A stretch of 64,000 nt of DNA from Eledone cirrhosa (lineage: Eukaryota), in the NCBI GenBank assembly GCA_964016885.1, contig OZ024740.1, positions 393,638,001 through 393,702,000 of the forward strand, given 5' to 3'. Shown piece after piece: positions 13,124-26,077 of this stretch. The notes beneath the pieces are model-generated. The model did not search any database and was not told the DNA's origin. It saw nothing but the letters and a program-made list of their open reading frames with translations. Both the position numbers and the translations under genes were made by a program. How positions within the stretch are numbered: position 1 is the stretch's first letter; every line of letters starts with the position of its first letter.

Positions 13124-13633
13124 CTGCTGACGAAGAAGGGTTTCTCCCTGCGTAGGAAAGGCCGGTTATATGATGCCTGTGTGAGGAGCGCGATGCTGCA
13201 TGGTAGTGAGACTTGGGCAGCAATTGCAGAGGATATGTGACGGCTGGAGAGAAATGAGGCAAGCATGCTCCGTTGGATGTGCAATGTCAATGTGCGTGAC
13301 TGACCCAGCATGGATGTGTTGAGAGAGAAACTGTGTCTGAGAAGGATAGAATGTAGTGTGCGAGAGATGAGACTGCGGTGGTATGGACATGTGATGCAGA
13401 TGGAGGATGGCCGATGAGTGAAGAAGTGCCAGGAAATGCCAGTTGAAGGAAGACATGGTAGAGGTAGACCACGAAAAACATGGGTGGAGGTGGTGAGAAC
13501 AGACCTCAGATCGCTGAAGCTCACGGTGGAGATGACGAAGGACCGTGACAAGTAGAGAGATGCTGTGCTGAATAGGACCCATCCCACCCTTGTAAGTAGG
13601 GAAAGCAGACGTAAAATGATGATGATGATGATG
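13124..13633 (+). mobile_element. RTE LINE 3' fragment, family C, 5'-truncated
   Basis: LLTKKGFSLRRKGRLYDACVRSAMLHGSETW...RLRWYGHVMQMED...GRPRKTW; short 3' UTR cccacccttgtaagtagggaaagcagacgtaaa plus (ATG)n tail; in-frame stops. Confidence 0.92.
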
Positions 13634-13769
13634 ATATCTAATTTAGACACAAGGCCAGTGAGTTGGGAGTGGGGAAGGTTAGTTAAATTAACTCCAGTAC
13701 TTGACCATACTACTCAGAAAGTAAAAGCCAGTAACTAAATACCAGAAGTATAGTAGCTAGAATAAGAAC

Positions 13770-14232
13770 AGGATGCAAAACATTCAGGGAAAAAGTTGAC
13801 AACAATGGGTTTTTTTCCGTGAACAAAGGTCATGTTGTATGATGCCTGCATGTGAAGTACCTGTTGCATCATAGTGCAACATTGACAGTGAAAGTTGAGG
13901 ATATGCAAAAGCTGGTCAGAAACAATTTCAGCATGCTTAGATGTATATGTAATGTTAGAATGCATAAACAGCAAAACATGGATAAACTGAGAGAAAAACT
14001 GGATATAAGAAGAAACCGATATAGTGTGAAAGAGAGAATATTGGACTGATATGGAGACATGATACATATGGATGATGATCATTGGGTAATGCCAGTGGAA
14101 AGAAGCTGCAACAAAGGAAGGCCTGGCCAGAAATGATGAGAACTGATCTCAAAGGAATCTAATGAGTAGATGGAGACTATGCTGGAATTGACCTGCCCAG
14201 CCCATGAAAGCATGGAAAATGATGATGATGAA
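13770..14232 (+). mobile_element. Old RTE LINE 3' fragment
   Basis: Degenerate YDAC...KVEDMQKLVRN...MLRCICNV...LREKLDIR...YGDM; ends cccatgaaagcatggaaaat(gat)n. Confidence 0.8.
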
Positions 14233-14444
14233 CTCACAGTACACTCTCTTCACAACACATGAAACCTTTAAATGACACTGGAAACAACAAGATAGTTGCA
14301 GATGATTACAATTCTAGTCTCAAAAAGCAATGCAGCAAACACCTCAGAAATATGACAGCACACCTGGTAGAAACTCACATAAAACTGTTCAACACATGAT
14401 GGTGGTGGTCATGTAGATGATGATGCTGATGATCTCCCTTAATA

Positions 14445-15310
14445 GCAAGTGAGGGCAATTTCATACATCATTAGCTAAGAGTAAACCTCTATACCAGGCT
14501 TTTGTGGATGCAGAGAAGGCTTTGACAGGGTCATCCACTCTGCAAAATGGTGGGTTCTAAGGAAACTAGCTCATGAAGGTTGTGCAAGTCAGGAATAGAG
14601 CTGCAATCAGCAAGTTGAGTACAGTGATGAATTAGAAGTGCACGTGGGTGTCCACTAGGGCTTAGTCTTCAGTCCACTTATGTTCATCAATGTCCTCCAG
14701 GCCATAAAAGAGGCACCCCATGGTAACTCTTGTATGCTGATAATCTAGTCCTTACAGAAAGAGTGGTAACCAGAATGAGAATTAATTAGAAGAGGTTTAG
14801 GGAGGTAGTACTTTTGCTGACAACAAAGGGCATCTCTCTCAGAGTGCAGAGTAGACTGTATGATGCTTTCATACAAACAGCAATGCTAGAAAAAATGAAG
14901 CAAGTTCCTGTAAATGTGTAATGTTAGTGTGCCTGAATGGTATAGCATATGCAAGTTGGGAAAAAAATCTCTGTATAAGAGGAGTCCAATGCAACTGTGA
15001 TGGTATAGGCATGTGATGCATATGGAAGATGATAGCTATATCAAGAAAAACAAAGAAATCTCAGTGGATAGGACTTATGGGAGAAGTAGACCAAGGAAGG
15101 CCTGGGATGAAGTTATGTTGTGAGGTGCAGTACTGGAGAAGACATGCCTGGGATGATGTTGTGTTGTGACATGCAGTACTGGAGAAGATATGCCTGGGAT
15201 GAAGTTGTGTTGTGACATGCAGTACTGGAGAAGACATGCCTGGGATGAAGTTGTGTTGTGACATGCAGTACTGGAGATGACATGCATGTCAGCATAAAAA
15301 TGTGACCTGA
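14445..15310 (+). mobile_element. Old RTE LINE RT fragment ending in a 46-bp tandem array
   Basis: AFVDAEKA.DRV, VGVH.GLVFSPLMFI, LLYADNLVL, RLYDAFIQTAML, WYRHVMHMEDD, SRPRKAWDEV. Confidence 0.8.
15100..15285 (+). repeat. Minisatellite, 46-bp unit x4, built from RTE sequence
   Basis: gcctgggatgaagttgtgttgtgacatgcagtactggagaagacat; cctggg starts at 15101, 15147, 15193 and 15239. Confidence 0.92.
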
Positions 15311-16081
15311 CACTCTTCTCTACTATCCTTCCTTAGAAACTACTCCCTCCACCACTGTACATCTTCAACTCTATCTGGGATCACTCCACCACCTCCCACT
15401 ATGTCAAATCTCACCACACCTGTCTTATACACATGATATACTTTCTTCAATCCTCTCTCCTACATCACAATGTGAACCCTTGACTTTGAACCTGTTACTC
15501 ACCCCAACCACTTTTATCACATATACACAATATACCTATCTGCCTTCTTACATTCTCCATCCTATTCCCATCCAACACTGCCCTTGTATAGAGAGGGCCC
15601 CTGCAATGAAGTCTATGACTAACAACCTTCCTAGTGATAGTGCCATGATAAAATGCACCCAGCACATTCTGTAAAGTAAATGGTGTTAGGAAGCTTCTAG
15701 CTGTATAAACAATGCTAAAAGAAATTGAGAGGATTCTTCGGTCATGACACAACAACCTCTTTAGTGGTGGTGCCTCAAAAATGTTTCCACTAATCTATAA
15801 GGTGGTTAGGACTCTACTGTTATGACAAGGGGATTACAACTTTCCTGGTATTGGTGATCTTCATGATAAATGCACACATTACATTCCGTAAAGTGATTGA
15901 CCATAGAAACGGTATCCAGCTGTAAAAATACCTGCTAAACAAAGGATGCTTCAGCTGTGTCAAAAGCTTGATAACCTCATTAGTGTTAATGCCATATGAA
16001 ATGCACCTAGTAGAACACAGGGACATACGCAAATGTGATGTGGGCTCCTGGTGTGTCTGAGAGGTCAGTAGCTCTACTTAA

Positions 16082-16284
16082 CCCTTTAGCATTCACATTA
16101 CTCTATATATACTATTATATTTTCATGGTAAAGGCTTTACCTCCCATAATATCTCACATAATATTGAATCTATGAAATTTTGAAAACAATACCTTAACAT
16201 CAGTTTGAGCGACCAGTTACAGCCAGTTTCAACAGAAAGAGGTAGAGAATTCTGGCCGGTTTTGGCGGTTTGAACATTAAAGGG
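16082..16284 (+). mobile_element. piggyBac-type MITE family A
   Basis: TTAA|CCCTTTAGCATT ... attaaAGGG|TTAA; internal sequence shared with five other copies. Confidence 0.9.
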
Positions 16285-17106
16285 TTAAGTACTGACTTGA
16301 TCTGTGATGTCACATCCAATCCTTGCTAGCAGGAAAAGAGACGTTAAATGATGGTGCTGATGATGATATATACACACAAACCAAGGTATGGAAAAGGGAC
16401 TTACAAAAATGCGTGGAGTGTAAACAAGTTATATGAGAAAAAAATTAGAAGTGGTGAAAGATATTTCATAATAAATGTAAGGACAAGTTTGAACATTTAT
16501 AAATACAACAGACACATAATTACATATAATAATTAAAAGATCATAGTAAAATACACAAGTAAAACAAGATCTAATTTAAGAAAGGAAACAAACCATAAAA
16601 CACATGAGTAAGATATTGCCACCTGTATTGTTTTATTTCTGAGATTGTAGGATGTGATTTGAGGGAGAATTCATTGCTATTTTTAAAAAGTCAAACAAAG
16701 ACAGAGAATCCTTCATAGGTTCATTCATTGAGATTAGAGAGTGGGGTAAAATGAGTATATAATGGAACTATGTAATTTTACTGTTTTAGCTTTCTAGAAG
16801 TGACTAGCCTGTCTACAATGTTGTTTAGAGTTTATATGATAACCCCCCCCCCCCACACACACACACACACAAGACTTAATGGATTTATTTGATGGATCAT
16901 TTTATCTTTAATCTATTGGCTGGCACTGCTTAGACTTAAATTCATTAAGCACACTGCCTATTTTCAACAACAAAGAAAGTGAAGCAAGCATGGATAAAGA
17001 CAGACATTAATATAGGATATCATTGGGTAATTATGTGATAAGTCTAGACTCACAAACACACACAGATACATTGGCAATTATCAACACAGATTTGTCATAC
17101 AAAAAT

Positions 17107-17342
17107 AAACCTTTCACAACCAGATTTCTAATAAAAAGAAACACTGCTAACAATTTTCAAATCCTTTTGAAAATAATGAAGAATTTGGAGGGATTTAGTA
17201 ATATAACTAACTTTCTCAGTATTAAGCTGGTATTTAGATTAAAACTTAAAGGTGCTTCCATAAAATTATGTTGAAAGGTTTTAAAGTAAGTTTGAAACAG
17301 TTTTGTATAGTAAAACAAAAGGTTTGGTACCAAAATGGTTAA
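17107..17342 (+). mobile_element. Old TTAA-flanked MITE family B copy
   Basis: Similar to 41049-41256; ends ...ggtaccaaaatggTTAA. Confidence 0.6.
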
Positions 17343-17717
17343 AATGACAACACCATTGTATTCTGGACCAACAGGCTAGTGGCTTTAACATCAGACTCCC
17401 TTGATGAAATAAATGTTCCAGGTCCAATCTCTGGCTTACTACAGGAAAATTGGAGAGAAGATCAGAATGTGTCTATAAAACACACCATGAAGAAAATAGT
17501 CTAAAAGAGAGATATCATGTTATATATGTATGCATGTACATATGTATGCTCTCCCTCTTAAGCAACATAATAGACCAAACTCTGTTGACCTTCCTGCTTA
17601 AGTTAGTTTATCAGTGACTATTATATATTATAACACAGATTTCACGCTTCTGAGCAATTGCTTATGGAAATTGATATTAAACAATCGTGTGAGTAGCTTT
17701 ACTGCTAATATACCAAA

Positions 17718-18192
17718 CTGTGTGTATGTGTGCACCTGTCTGCCTACTATCTCTATGTGTATATATGGTGACAGTATGTATGGTAGATACATATGTGTAT
17801 GTATCTACCTGTATACTAGCTGTATACGTATATATCGTGAATGTATTATGTATGTGTATTTGTGTTCATATGTCTGTATCTACATGCGTGTATGTGCATG
17901 TGTGTGTGTATGTGAATCTGCCTGAGCACTATCTGTATGTGTACCTATTGTATATATGTGTATCTGTGTGCATATGTCTGTATCTACATATGTGTGAGTG
18001 TATGGGTGTACATACATATCTGCCTGCATACTATCTCTATGTATATATACTGTGACTGTATGTATGTGTATCTGCATGTATGTCTGTATGTACAAGTGTG
18101 TTTGCCTGTGAGATTGTATGTATATGTATTTGTGTGTATACGTCTGTCCTCCTCATCATCATCGTTTATCTTCCACACTAGCATATCTATGT

Positions 18193-18246
<54 letters not shown>

Positions 18247-18258
18247 GCGTGCGTGTCT
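17718..18258. repeat. Degenerate (TG/TA) microsatellite plus (TG)n
   Basis: Seen directly. Confidence 0.9.
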
Positions 18259-18355
18259 CTCTTCATATTCATTCACAGAAACTGAGATAGAATGAGAGCA
18301 TGACATATAGGAGAAGGTGAGACAAGAATAACATATGTTCCTAGAGAATAATAAT

Positions 18356-18537
18356 TGTTTCTACTTTAGGCACAAGGCCAGCAATTATCCCAGTGTATTA
18401 CTGGTACTTTATTTTATCGACGCCGTAAGGATGAAAGACAAAGTTAACCTCAACGGAATTTGAAATAAGACCATAAAGGGCCGTAACTCTTTGCTGCAAA
18501 GCATGGCGTCCGACCCTCTACCGATACTGCCAATCCA
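18356..18537 (-). mobile_element. SINE family M (deleted subfamily) with ~16-bp TSD
   Basis: cctagagaataataat on both sides (~18340 and ~18538). Confidence 0.88.
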
Positions 18538-18682
18538 CCTAGAGAATAATAATAATCTAGATGGACTATATGAGCTGAAATAAAAGTGATGTGAAAGAAG
18601 TTCAAAGTAATTCATAAACATCCCCAAATACTATAGTTTAGTTACACACAAGTTATTAGTAAACTAAGCACTGATAATTTAA

Positions 18683-18790
18683 CCCTTTAGCATTTACATT
18701 ACTCTATATATACTATCAAATCTACTAGATTTTGATGTTATTTATTTTGAGAACAATATCTTAACATCAGTATAAGCAGCTGGTTTGAAT
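18683..18790 (+). mobile_element. Truncated piggyBac-type MITE family A
   Basis: TTAA|CCCTTTAGCATTTACATT left end; right TIR missing. Confidence 0.8.
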
Positions 18791-19169
18791 ATAATAGCCC
18801 AGATAGTTAAAACCTACAAAAGGAAATGAAACATGTACTACATCAAAGTCTACAAAATATGCACACTGTACAGGAAGATAGAACTTCTATATAGTCACGT
18901 GACTTTCCAGGTAAAACAGCCAAGTCTTCCTGAAGTAAAACATTAAACAGGGAAAAACTCTTTAGATAATTTAGTCTGAGATGCCTCAAAAATATCAGGA
19001 TGTTCATGGCTGCAATGTTTTTGATAAAAAGCTTACTCATTTAATGTTAACTGGAGGCCAAAAAACTGCATATTTTTTATTAGGACAGACATGTTGAAGA
19101 CTGGGTTTTTTAATATATGTATGCTTGTCATATCATATTCATGGCTGTAAATAGATTTTCTTTGAACCT

Positions 19170-19585
19170 CCTTTGTAATTAGAACAATCTCTCTTGATTC
19201 CCTTTTTGAAAATTGGAATTATCACTCCTGATTACCATAGCTTAGGTGCTTTCCAGAGATCCAGGCCAATTGGAACACATAAGTCAGCCAGAGGATAACT
19301 TCTCTATTTAAGGCCTTGCCACATGAACTCTTTAACTGCTCTTGTGACCTCAGCCCACGAGAGATTAGTTACTGTTCTCAGATGCACCTTGTGTACATCA
19401 GAAAAAGCTGTTGTGATCGGGTTTAGGAGATCAGCAAAGTATTCTCTCCAACTCCTGAGGATGCACCTCACTGAAGAGAGGAGCATCCCAGATGCGTTCC
19501 TGATAGCACGTGTGGAGGAGGACTTCTTATTACGAAGTCAGTGAATGGTCTGCCAGAATACTTTATTTGCTGATCTGAAGTCAGA
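19170..19585 (-). mobile_element. Old RTE (Expander/Rex3-like) LINE RT N-terminal fragment
   Basis: LLSSVRCILRSWREYFADLLNP...AEVTRAVK, then WLTYVFQLAWISG... and degenerate PIFKKG.QRDCSNY. Confidence 0.75.
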
Positions 19586-19832
19586 TTTGTTGAGTTTCAT
19601 ACAAAATATGACCATGTACCGTTGTTCAATATTTTCCTCCATTGCAAATGTAACAGAGTTTATAAACATGTCTGTACATAAACAGCAATAACTCATGACT
19701 GACCCAATCAATCATGTTGAAACAAGTATGTACATGAAACCATTGTCATAACTGACATATCTTATACACCAACGAAGTGCTGCATTACCATTTCATACAT
19801 AAGAAAATCAGTACCCTTACTTTTGGGACATA
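19585..19832 (-). mobile_element. Mariner 5' end fragment
   Basis: ATG at 19642 gives MEENIEQRYMVIFCMKLNKS, a mariner N-terminus; TIR-like tgtcccaaaagtaagggtactgattt upstream. Confidence 0.65.
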
Positions 19833-20019
19833 GATAATCAGCATAGCATGTGACAAGGCTGGACCTTTGAATTACAAGTATAATCCATTCAACAGCCTGA
19901 TGTGCTTTTGATCAGGTGTCAGTAGACATGGCACCCCCTGAGCAGAAACCTCTGCCATGCCAAATTGCTTGAGCAGAATATTCTCAATTCTCTCACAGGA
20001 TATAAACATGTCTGTACAT

Positions 20020-20463
20020 ATCTGATTTATAGTCGATCATCTGTTATCCATCACCATGTGGTGAACACGATCAATGGTTGTGGCAGTTGCAGGATGTTCA
20101 GTCCTTGGATCATCTTCAAGACTCTCCCATCGCCTCCTAAATTCAGCTGCCCACTTTTTCACTGTTGATAAAGCTTGAGCACCATCCCCTAGTGTAGCAA
20201 CCATGTCAGCATGAATGTCCTTGGGGTGAAACCCTTTTTCTGCATGTATTTGATAACACTACAATGCTAAATATTGTACAATTTCAAGTGAAGTTACTAC
20301 TAATTATTTTTGAAGTCTTTTTTGGACAGTCAGATGTCAGTTTACCAAGAAAGAAACAATGCAGTTATTAATAAGAAGAGTTGAAATTAATGCATGCAAT
20401 ATTTCACAGTTTTAACATCACTCCTTTATAGTCAGCCTATGAACTCTTCAGCCCAACCTCATA
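20020..20463 (-). mobile_element. Mariner 5' half (HTH domain and left TIR)
   Basis: VIKYMQKKG..PKDIHADMVATLGDGAQALSTVKKWAAEFRRRWESLEDDPRT..PATATTIDRVHHMVMDNR; TIR-like TA/TGAGGTTGGGCTGAAGAGTTC. Confidence 0.85.
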
Positions 20464-23400
20464 CCCTGGATGTAAGCATGGTTGAGTGATTAAGAAGTTT
20501 GGTTTGCAATCATGGGGTCCTGAGTTTGATCCTATTGCCTGGCATCATGGGTAAAAGTCTTTATCATAGCCTCAGCTCAACTACAATCTTGTGACAGAAA
20601 TTGAGTAGATGGAAATTGTTTAAGCTTACCGAATGGATTATACTTGTAATTCAATGGTCCAGCTTTATCACACACTGTCATATTGATTCTACTAGAGAAT
20701 TACTTTAAGGGCACATGTGTCTTGGAATATTCAGCCACTTACATGTTAATTCATGTGTTAGATGTTCAGATGGATCAAGCAACTGAATTCTCATCACTGA
20801 AACCAATGGCAGATCCATCAGTCTTAAAACAAGTCGGGAGACATATGAAACAAGATGTTCATGCTTTAATGTTGTTCTGCTCAATCAAGGCTAACCACAG
20901 AAGATGGGGGGGGGGGGGATAAACAACAACACACCAACAATAATAATAAACAATATCCTTCCTTTCTCCCTTTCACAAACTATTTTGTCTTTCTGGGCAG
21001 TTAAACTGGATGAAATTTTTTCATTCCTTTTTATTTTTGTTTCAACCCCCTTTCCTACACAGAGTTATCTAACAATTGAAAGATGGGAGACAGAAGGAAT
21101 AGATGGTCCCCCACCACACTTTATATGTTCCTTCTTTGTTTGTTTTTCAAACATGTTTAACTTGTAAGCTAGCAGCCACATCTTTATAAAAAAATAACAA
21201 CAAACAAAACAAATAAGTGAATGAATGTAAGAATTCATTCTTTTTGTTCCATTTTTCAACCTTTTTTTATTTGGTTTTGTATTTAGTTATACAGTAATTG
21301 CTTATTTTATTTTATTTTATTAAATTTAATCTATTTGTATTATTATTTTCTACTGTTTCTCACCTTACTCTTGACTGGTATAATATGATAATAAGAAGCG
21401 AGAGGAGGAAGAAGTAGCATGTTGCTGCAAAGTATTGTTCACTTTTGAAACAGGTGGGAGGATTTATGCCACCCACCAGTGTGGTCTTAAGTGATTGATG
21501 ACTTCTAACAAAGAGATTAACCTCAGCAGTCATTGTAGCACTTTGAGAAAATTACCAAGAAAAAACAAAACAAAACACTTAGAAAGAGTTGAGACTTGTG
21601 TGAGAAGAACAATTCCATAAGAACATCCACTATAAGCACAAACACGCATATTCATTTCAGAGTCAATGGGGGAGCCTCTACATGGCTGTTCAAACTGTTA
21701 GAAATAGCAACCAAATCACACCCTACTACCTTAAAGACAATGTAATCCTTGGTATACAAAAGATAAGATGTCTATAGTTGGAATGCAGGAGAGGTAGAGA
21801 AACCCTAGAAATTTTAATATTTAGCTCTGAGTTATATAAATATGGATTTGGCTTTCTTCCAGGATCTTAGATTAATCAAATAAGAATAAGTAATATTGAG
21901 ATTAATACATAATTGATTATATCCCTCCCTACAAATCTTTAGCCCTGCACCAAAGTTTGACTGCTGTATTCACAGCCTTCTAGGAGTTGAGGAATGCAGC
22001 CAGTGGAACTTCTAAGTTAGCTTTCTATAGAGGACTAGTGGTGGGGAAGAGTAATGGAATTCCCAGAGAAGATCTAAGTGATGACCAGAATCAACTGGCT
22101 AGTCTGTTCCAGAGATCTATCAGTTCAGAACAGTGGAAGTTAGCATAGTTATCATATTATGTCCATTTTTTCATGCTTGTACAGGCTGGATGAAGCCCAG
22201 AGCTTATCCCAGTTTCATGGGCATTAAGCAATTGAAAGTATAAGACTCCTACCATGGATATGATGCCTGTCTATTGCAGGGCTAATCCCTAACTGGTACT
22301 GATTTTCAGTTGAGTGAACTCGAGAAATGAGAAATAAAGTGCCTTGCTACAGGACACAATCCACTGCATGGTCTGGGAATCAAACCCATGAACTTCCAGA
22401 AATCCTTGGCTTAGCAGAGATAGTCATGGGTTGCTTCTGAAGTAATTTCTTAATATATTTTGACAAATAACTATATTTACAGTTCTGAATATTGTTGACA
22501 CAGTATCTGTTGCAACACACTGGCAGATTAACTACCATTGAGTATGACCAAGTTTCACTAAATTTTAACATGTGACTTGACTTCCACAGAATTTGAACTC
22601 AGAACATAGAGAAATGAGGTTAAATAATAAAAGTCAGGCTTTTTAATATGTCCACAATTTCACCATCTTTACTAATGAATTTCTATCATAGAAACAGAAA
22701 CGTACTAACTGAAATACACTAACACACAAAGACTAATGTGCTAACACAAACGCGCTAACATTGACACGCTATTACTGACATGCTAACACAGACAGAGTAA
22801 CACCGAGAGAGTAACACAAACATAGGCTAAGGTAAATGAATGCTCATACACACTAACATGTTCTCTAACATTTACACATGTACACACACAGAGAAATACA
22901 CAACTATACATCTAAATATACGGACATAAATACACACACAAACACTAAGATACACTTGCTAACATAAACATACACACTTTCACACAATCACAGACACTGA
23001 CATAAAAGCTCACACACATACAGTCTAATATACACACGTGTTTGTCTATTAATGAAAAAGCCCTAGTAGTTGAACACTAAAGCAAGACTTTTGTACTTTC
23101 AGTGTCCTTGTCTGTCTGAGCGTGATTCAACAAAAGAGCAACTGCATACATTAGGATTTTGAAGAATTCTGAGCATCAGTAATACATGTAAATGCATTTA
23201 TGGCAGGGCAGGGACAGCAAAATGTTCATTGGATAACAAGATAATTGGATTTGTTAGTCAGTATGTGTGTTGTGTGTTTGTGAAAGATTTTGAAGGTATT
23301 CTCAGCTGAATGTAAAATACAAATAGTGAGATGGCTGGGTAGGTGACAAGATGGATGGCCGCAATTGTATTTATGGTTGTATGTCAGTTAAAACTGTGTG

Positions 23401-24381
23401 TCTGTGTTTCTATTCTTGTGTTAATAACATAAGATGACAAGGACAAGTATAATTAAAAACAAAATGGGAAGTGTGAAGGGAAAGTCAAACCTGTCCTAGT
23501 TCTTTAGTCCCCTCACCTTTCTCCATTCCATCTCAGAAATCCAGGTCAGACTTGATCATGCTGACCTTTTAAATATGGTAATAAGGTGAGATTTGAGAGA
23601 TTTAATTGTTGTTTCTAGCAAATCAAGTGACCACATTGAGGCTTCTTCATTGGCTCATTTGATTATGGCTGTTGTTATTGTTTAGCCCCAGGTCAAGCCT
23701 GATTGAGCAGACATATGATTAAAGGTGTTCCAGTTGTATCACACTGTCTTTTTTCGAACACAGAGTGTCTGTGACTACATTATCCAATGTTACACTTTCT
23801 TAAAGAAAGTAGCCTAAAAGTTGAGAGAGATTTGACTGCTATATGTAGCCAGTTACAGCTCCCTTATTGATTTAAATGTTAAAACAGGAGTTTAACAAGG
23901 AGCTTCTTCTCCTTCAGCATCCTTACCTTTGCTGCAGTTTGACTGAAGATCAATCCGAATCATTTTGTGATTGAGGTCACTACAGCAAGAAGGTTGGATG
24001 GTAGCATCTACAGGAGTTGATGTTAGAGTTAGAAATATCTACAGGAGTTGATGTTAGAGTTGTTAGAAATATCTAACACTTTTGTAAGTATACAGATTTT
24101 TTTCCTTCTGTTTCCACACCTTAAAACACCCATCTTTCAAGTCTCACACACTCTTGCACAGAAAAATGCTCCTCCCTATCTCACACACACACACCCATCT
24201 ACTCACTGTATTTGCACAGTATAGTAATTGATATATAATACTGATTTCTGACATTGGTTTATTTAAAGTGTAGTTGATTAAACAGACACCTTTACTATTA
24301 AATGACTGGTATTTATGTTATCGACCATACAGATATTAAAGGAAATATCATACTCAGAAAGATTGGAACTTAAAACAAAGA

Positions 24382-25498
24382 TCATCATCATCATCATCAT
24401 CACCGTTTTACGTCCGTTCTTCCACGCTAGCATGGGTTAGACGGGTTGTCCTGTTGTGGGCAGTGTCTGGTCGGCTGACCATGCCTTGCTCATACAGGAA
24501 CTGATCTGGCTTGATTTCTACAGCTGGATGCCCTTCCTAACACCAACCTCATTTACAGTGAGTGCTGGGTGCTTTTTCGTGGCCCCTACACGTCCACTTT
24601 ACAGTGTGGGCTGGGTGCTTTTTTGCCGTGGCACCTTGCGGTGGGGGGGGGGCATATTGTTTATATGCTTCAGCATGTACCCATGGGAGGTCGGGTACCC
24701 TGTATTACTGCGTGACGCCAGAAGTCACGGTCGTGTGTCATTGACTTTGAGAGGTGTAGTTGGGTAAGGTCGGCTTTTATCACCTCATCCCAAGTCATCT
24801 TGGGTCTCCCCACTCCGCGGTTTCCATCAACTTCTAGTGCTCTGCACCTTTTTATGCAGCTGTCATCCTTCATACGCATCACATGTCCATACCAGCGTAA
24901 CCGCCTCTCCTGCACGCAGCATTTGATTCCTCTTATGCTCAGTCTCTCTCTCAATTCCTTTATGCTTTGTCGTTCACGTATATTACTGTTACACATCCAT
25001 CGGAGCATGCAGGCTTCGTTTCTCTCTAATCTACGTAAGTCTTCCACCTTCAGCGCCCAGGTCTCACTACCATGCAACATCGCTGTTCGGATACACGCAT
25101 CATACAGTCTGCCTTTCATTCTGAGGGAGAAGCTTTTGCAGCTAGCAGTGGTAGTAGTTCCCTAAACTTCTTCCATCTCGTTCTTACCCTAGTTATTGTA
25201 CTTTCTGAGCACCCACCTCCGTTGCTAATTCGGTCACCTAGGTAGCAGAAGCTGTCTACTGTTTCTACAGGGCCCTCCCAGAGATTGGTGGTACTTGTTT
25301 CCTGTGGCTGTTTGCTTGCTGTTTCAGCACAGCTGCTGCATGTGAATCCTACATTCTTAATTAAGCTTCCTGAGATCCCGCTACATCTCTTGTGTACCCA
25401 TTGTTTGCATTTGGGGCAGAGAATGGAGTTCCTACCTACACCTTTCCTACATACTGAGCAAGGCCATTTCCCTGAGGGGATCTGGGTTCTGTTTTCTA
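24382..25498 (-). mobile_element. RTE LINE family A, young 5'-truncated copy 1
   Basis: PHD-like C/H cluster, FCYLG, MKGRLYDACIRTAMLHGSETW...RLRWYGHV...GRPKMTW; 3' UTR and (ATG)n tail; near-identical to 42764-43755 and 45907-46931. Confidence 0.95.
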
Positions 25499-25893
25499 AG
25501 ATATAAAACTAAATACTAGTGTGTTACTCATATGATGGGTAATGTTGGCAATACACTTGCCATTGTGGCTAATAGCAGATGTTACTCAGATATAACAATC
25601 ATAATTTTACATACAAAATAATTGAAATGAATACTAATTCTAAAAATAAAAATATTAATATATTTAAAATAAAACTAAACACGAATTTTCCATTTGCATA
25701 TTTGCACTAAATGTATGTTATCAACAACAATGAAACTGTTTAACTACTAATAACAGGTGTAACATATTGATTAATTTTATATAACATAATATGACATATT
25801 TAGTGTGACCAAGCAACCAGCATTAAGTATTATTAATATTAATAGCAAGGCATTTTAATAATGATATACATAATGACAATAGTAATATTAATA

Positions 25894-26077
25894 ATTGTTT
25901 CTACTTTAGGCACAAGGCCAGCAATTACCCAGTGCATTACTGGTACTTTATTTTATCGACCCCGTAAGGATGAAAGGCAAAGTCAACCTCGGCGGGATTT
26001 GAACTCAGATCGTAAAGGGACGTAACTATGCTGGAAAGCATGGCGCCCGACCCTCTACTGATACTGCCATCAACCGC
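25894..26077 (-). mobile_element. SINE family M (deleted subfamily) with 17-bp TSD
   Basis: caatagtaatattaata at 25877-25893 and 26078-26094. Confidence 0.92.

Noticed and set aside
13048-13650. Antisense ORFs over RTE copies (also 24800, 43157, 44215, 46336, 61419)
   Set aside because: Shadow frames of LINE ORF2 fragments.
15100-15285. Possible CRISPR-like array (also 31600-32340)
   Set aside because: No unique spacers; the units are tandem repeats derived from LINE sequence in a eukaryotic intron; no cas genes.
22700-23040. Cluster of ctaac/actaac (branch-point/QKI-like) motifs
   Set aside because: On the strand opposite TMEM135 and embedded in a decayed CA-rich microsatellite.
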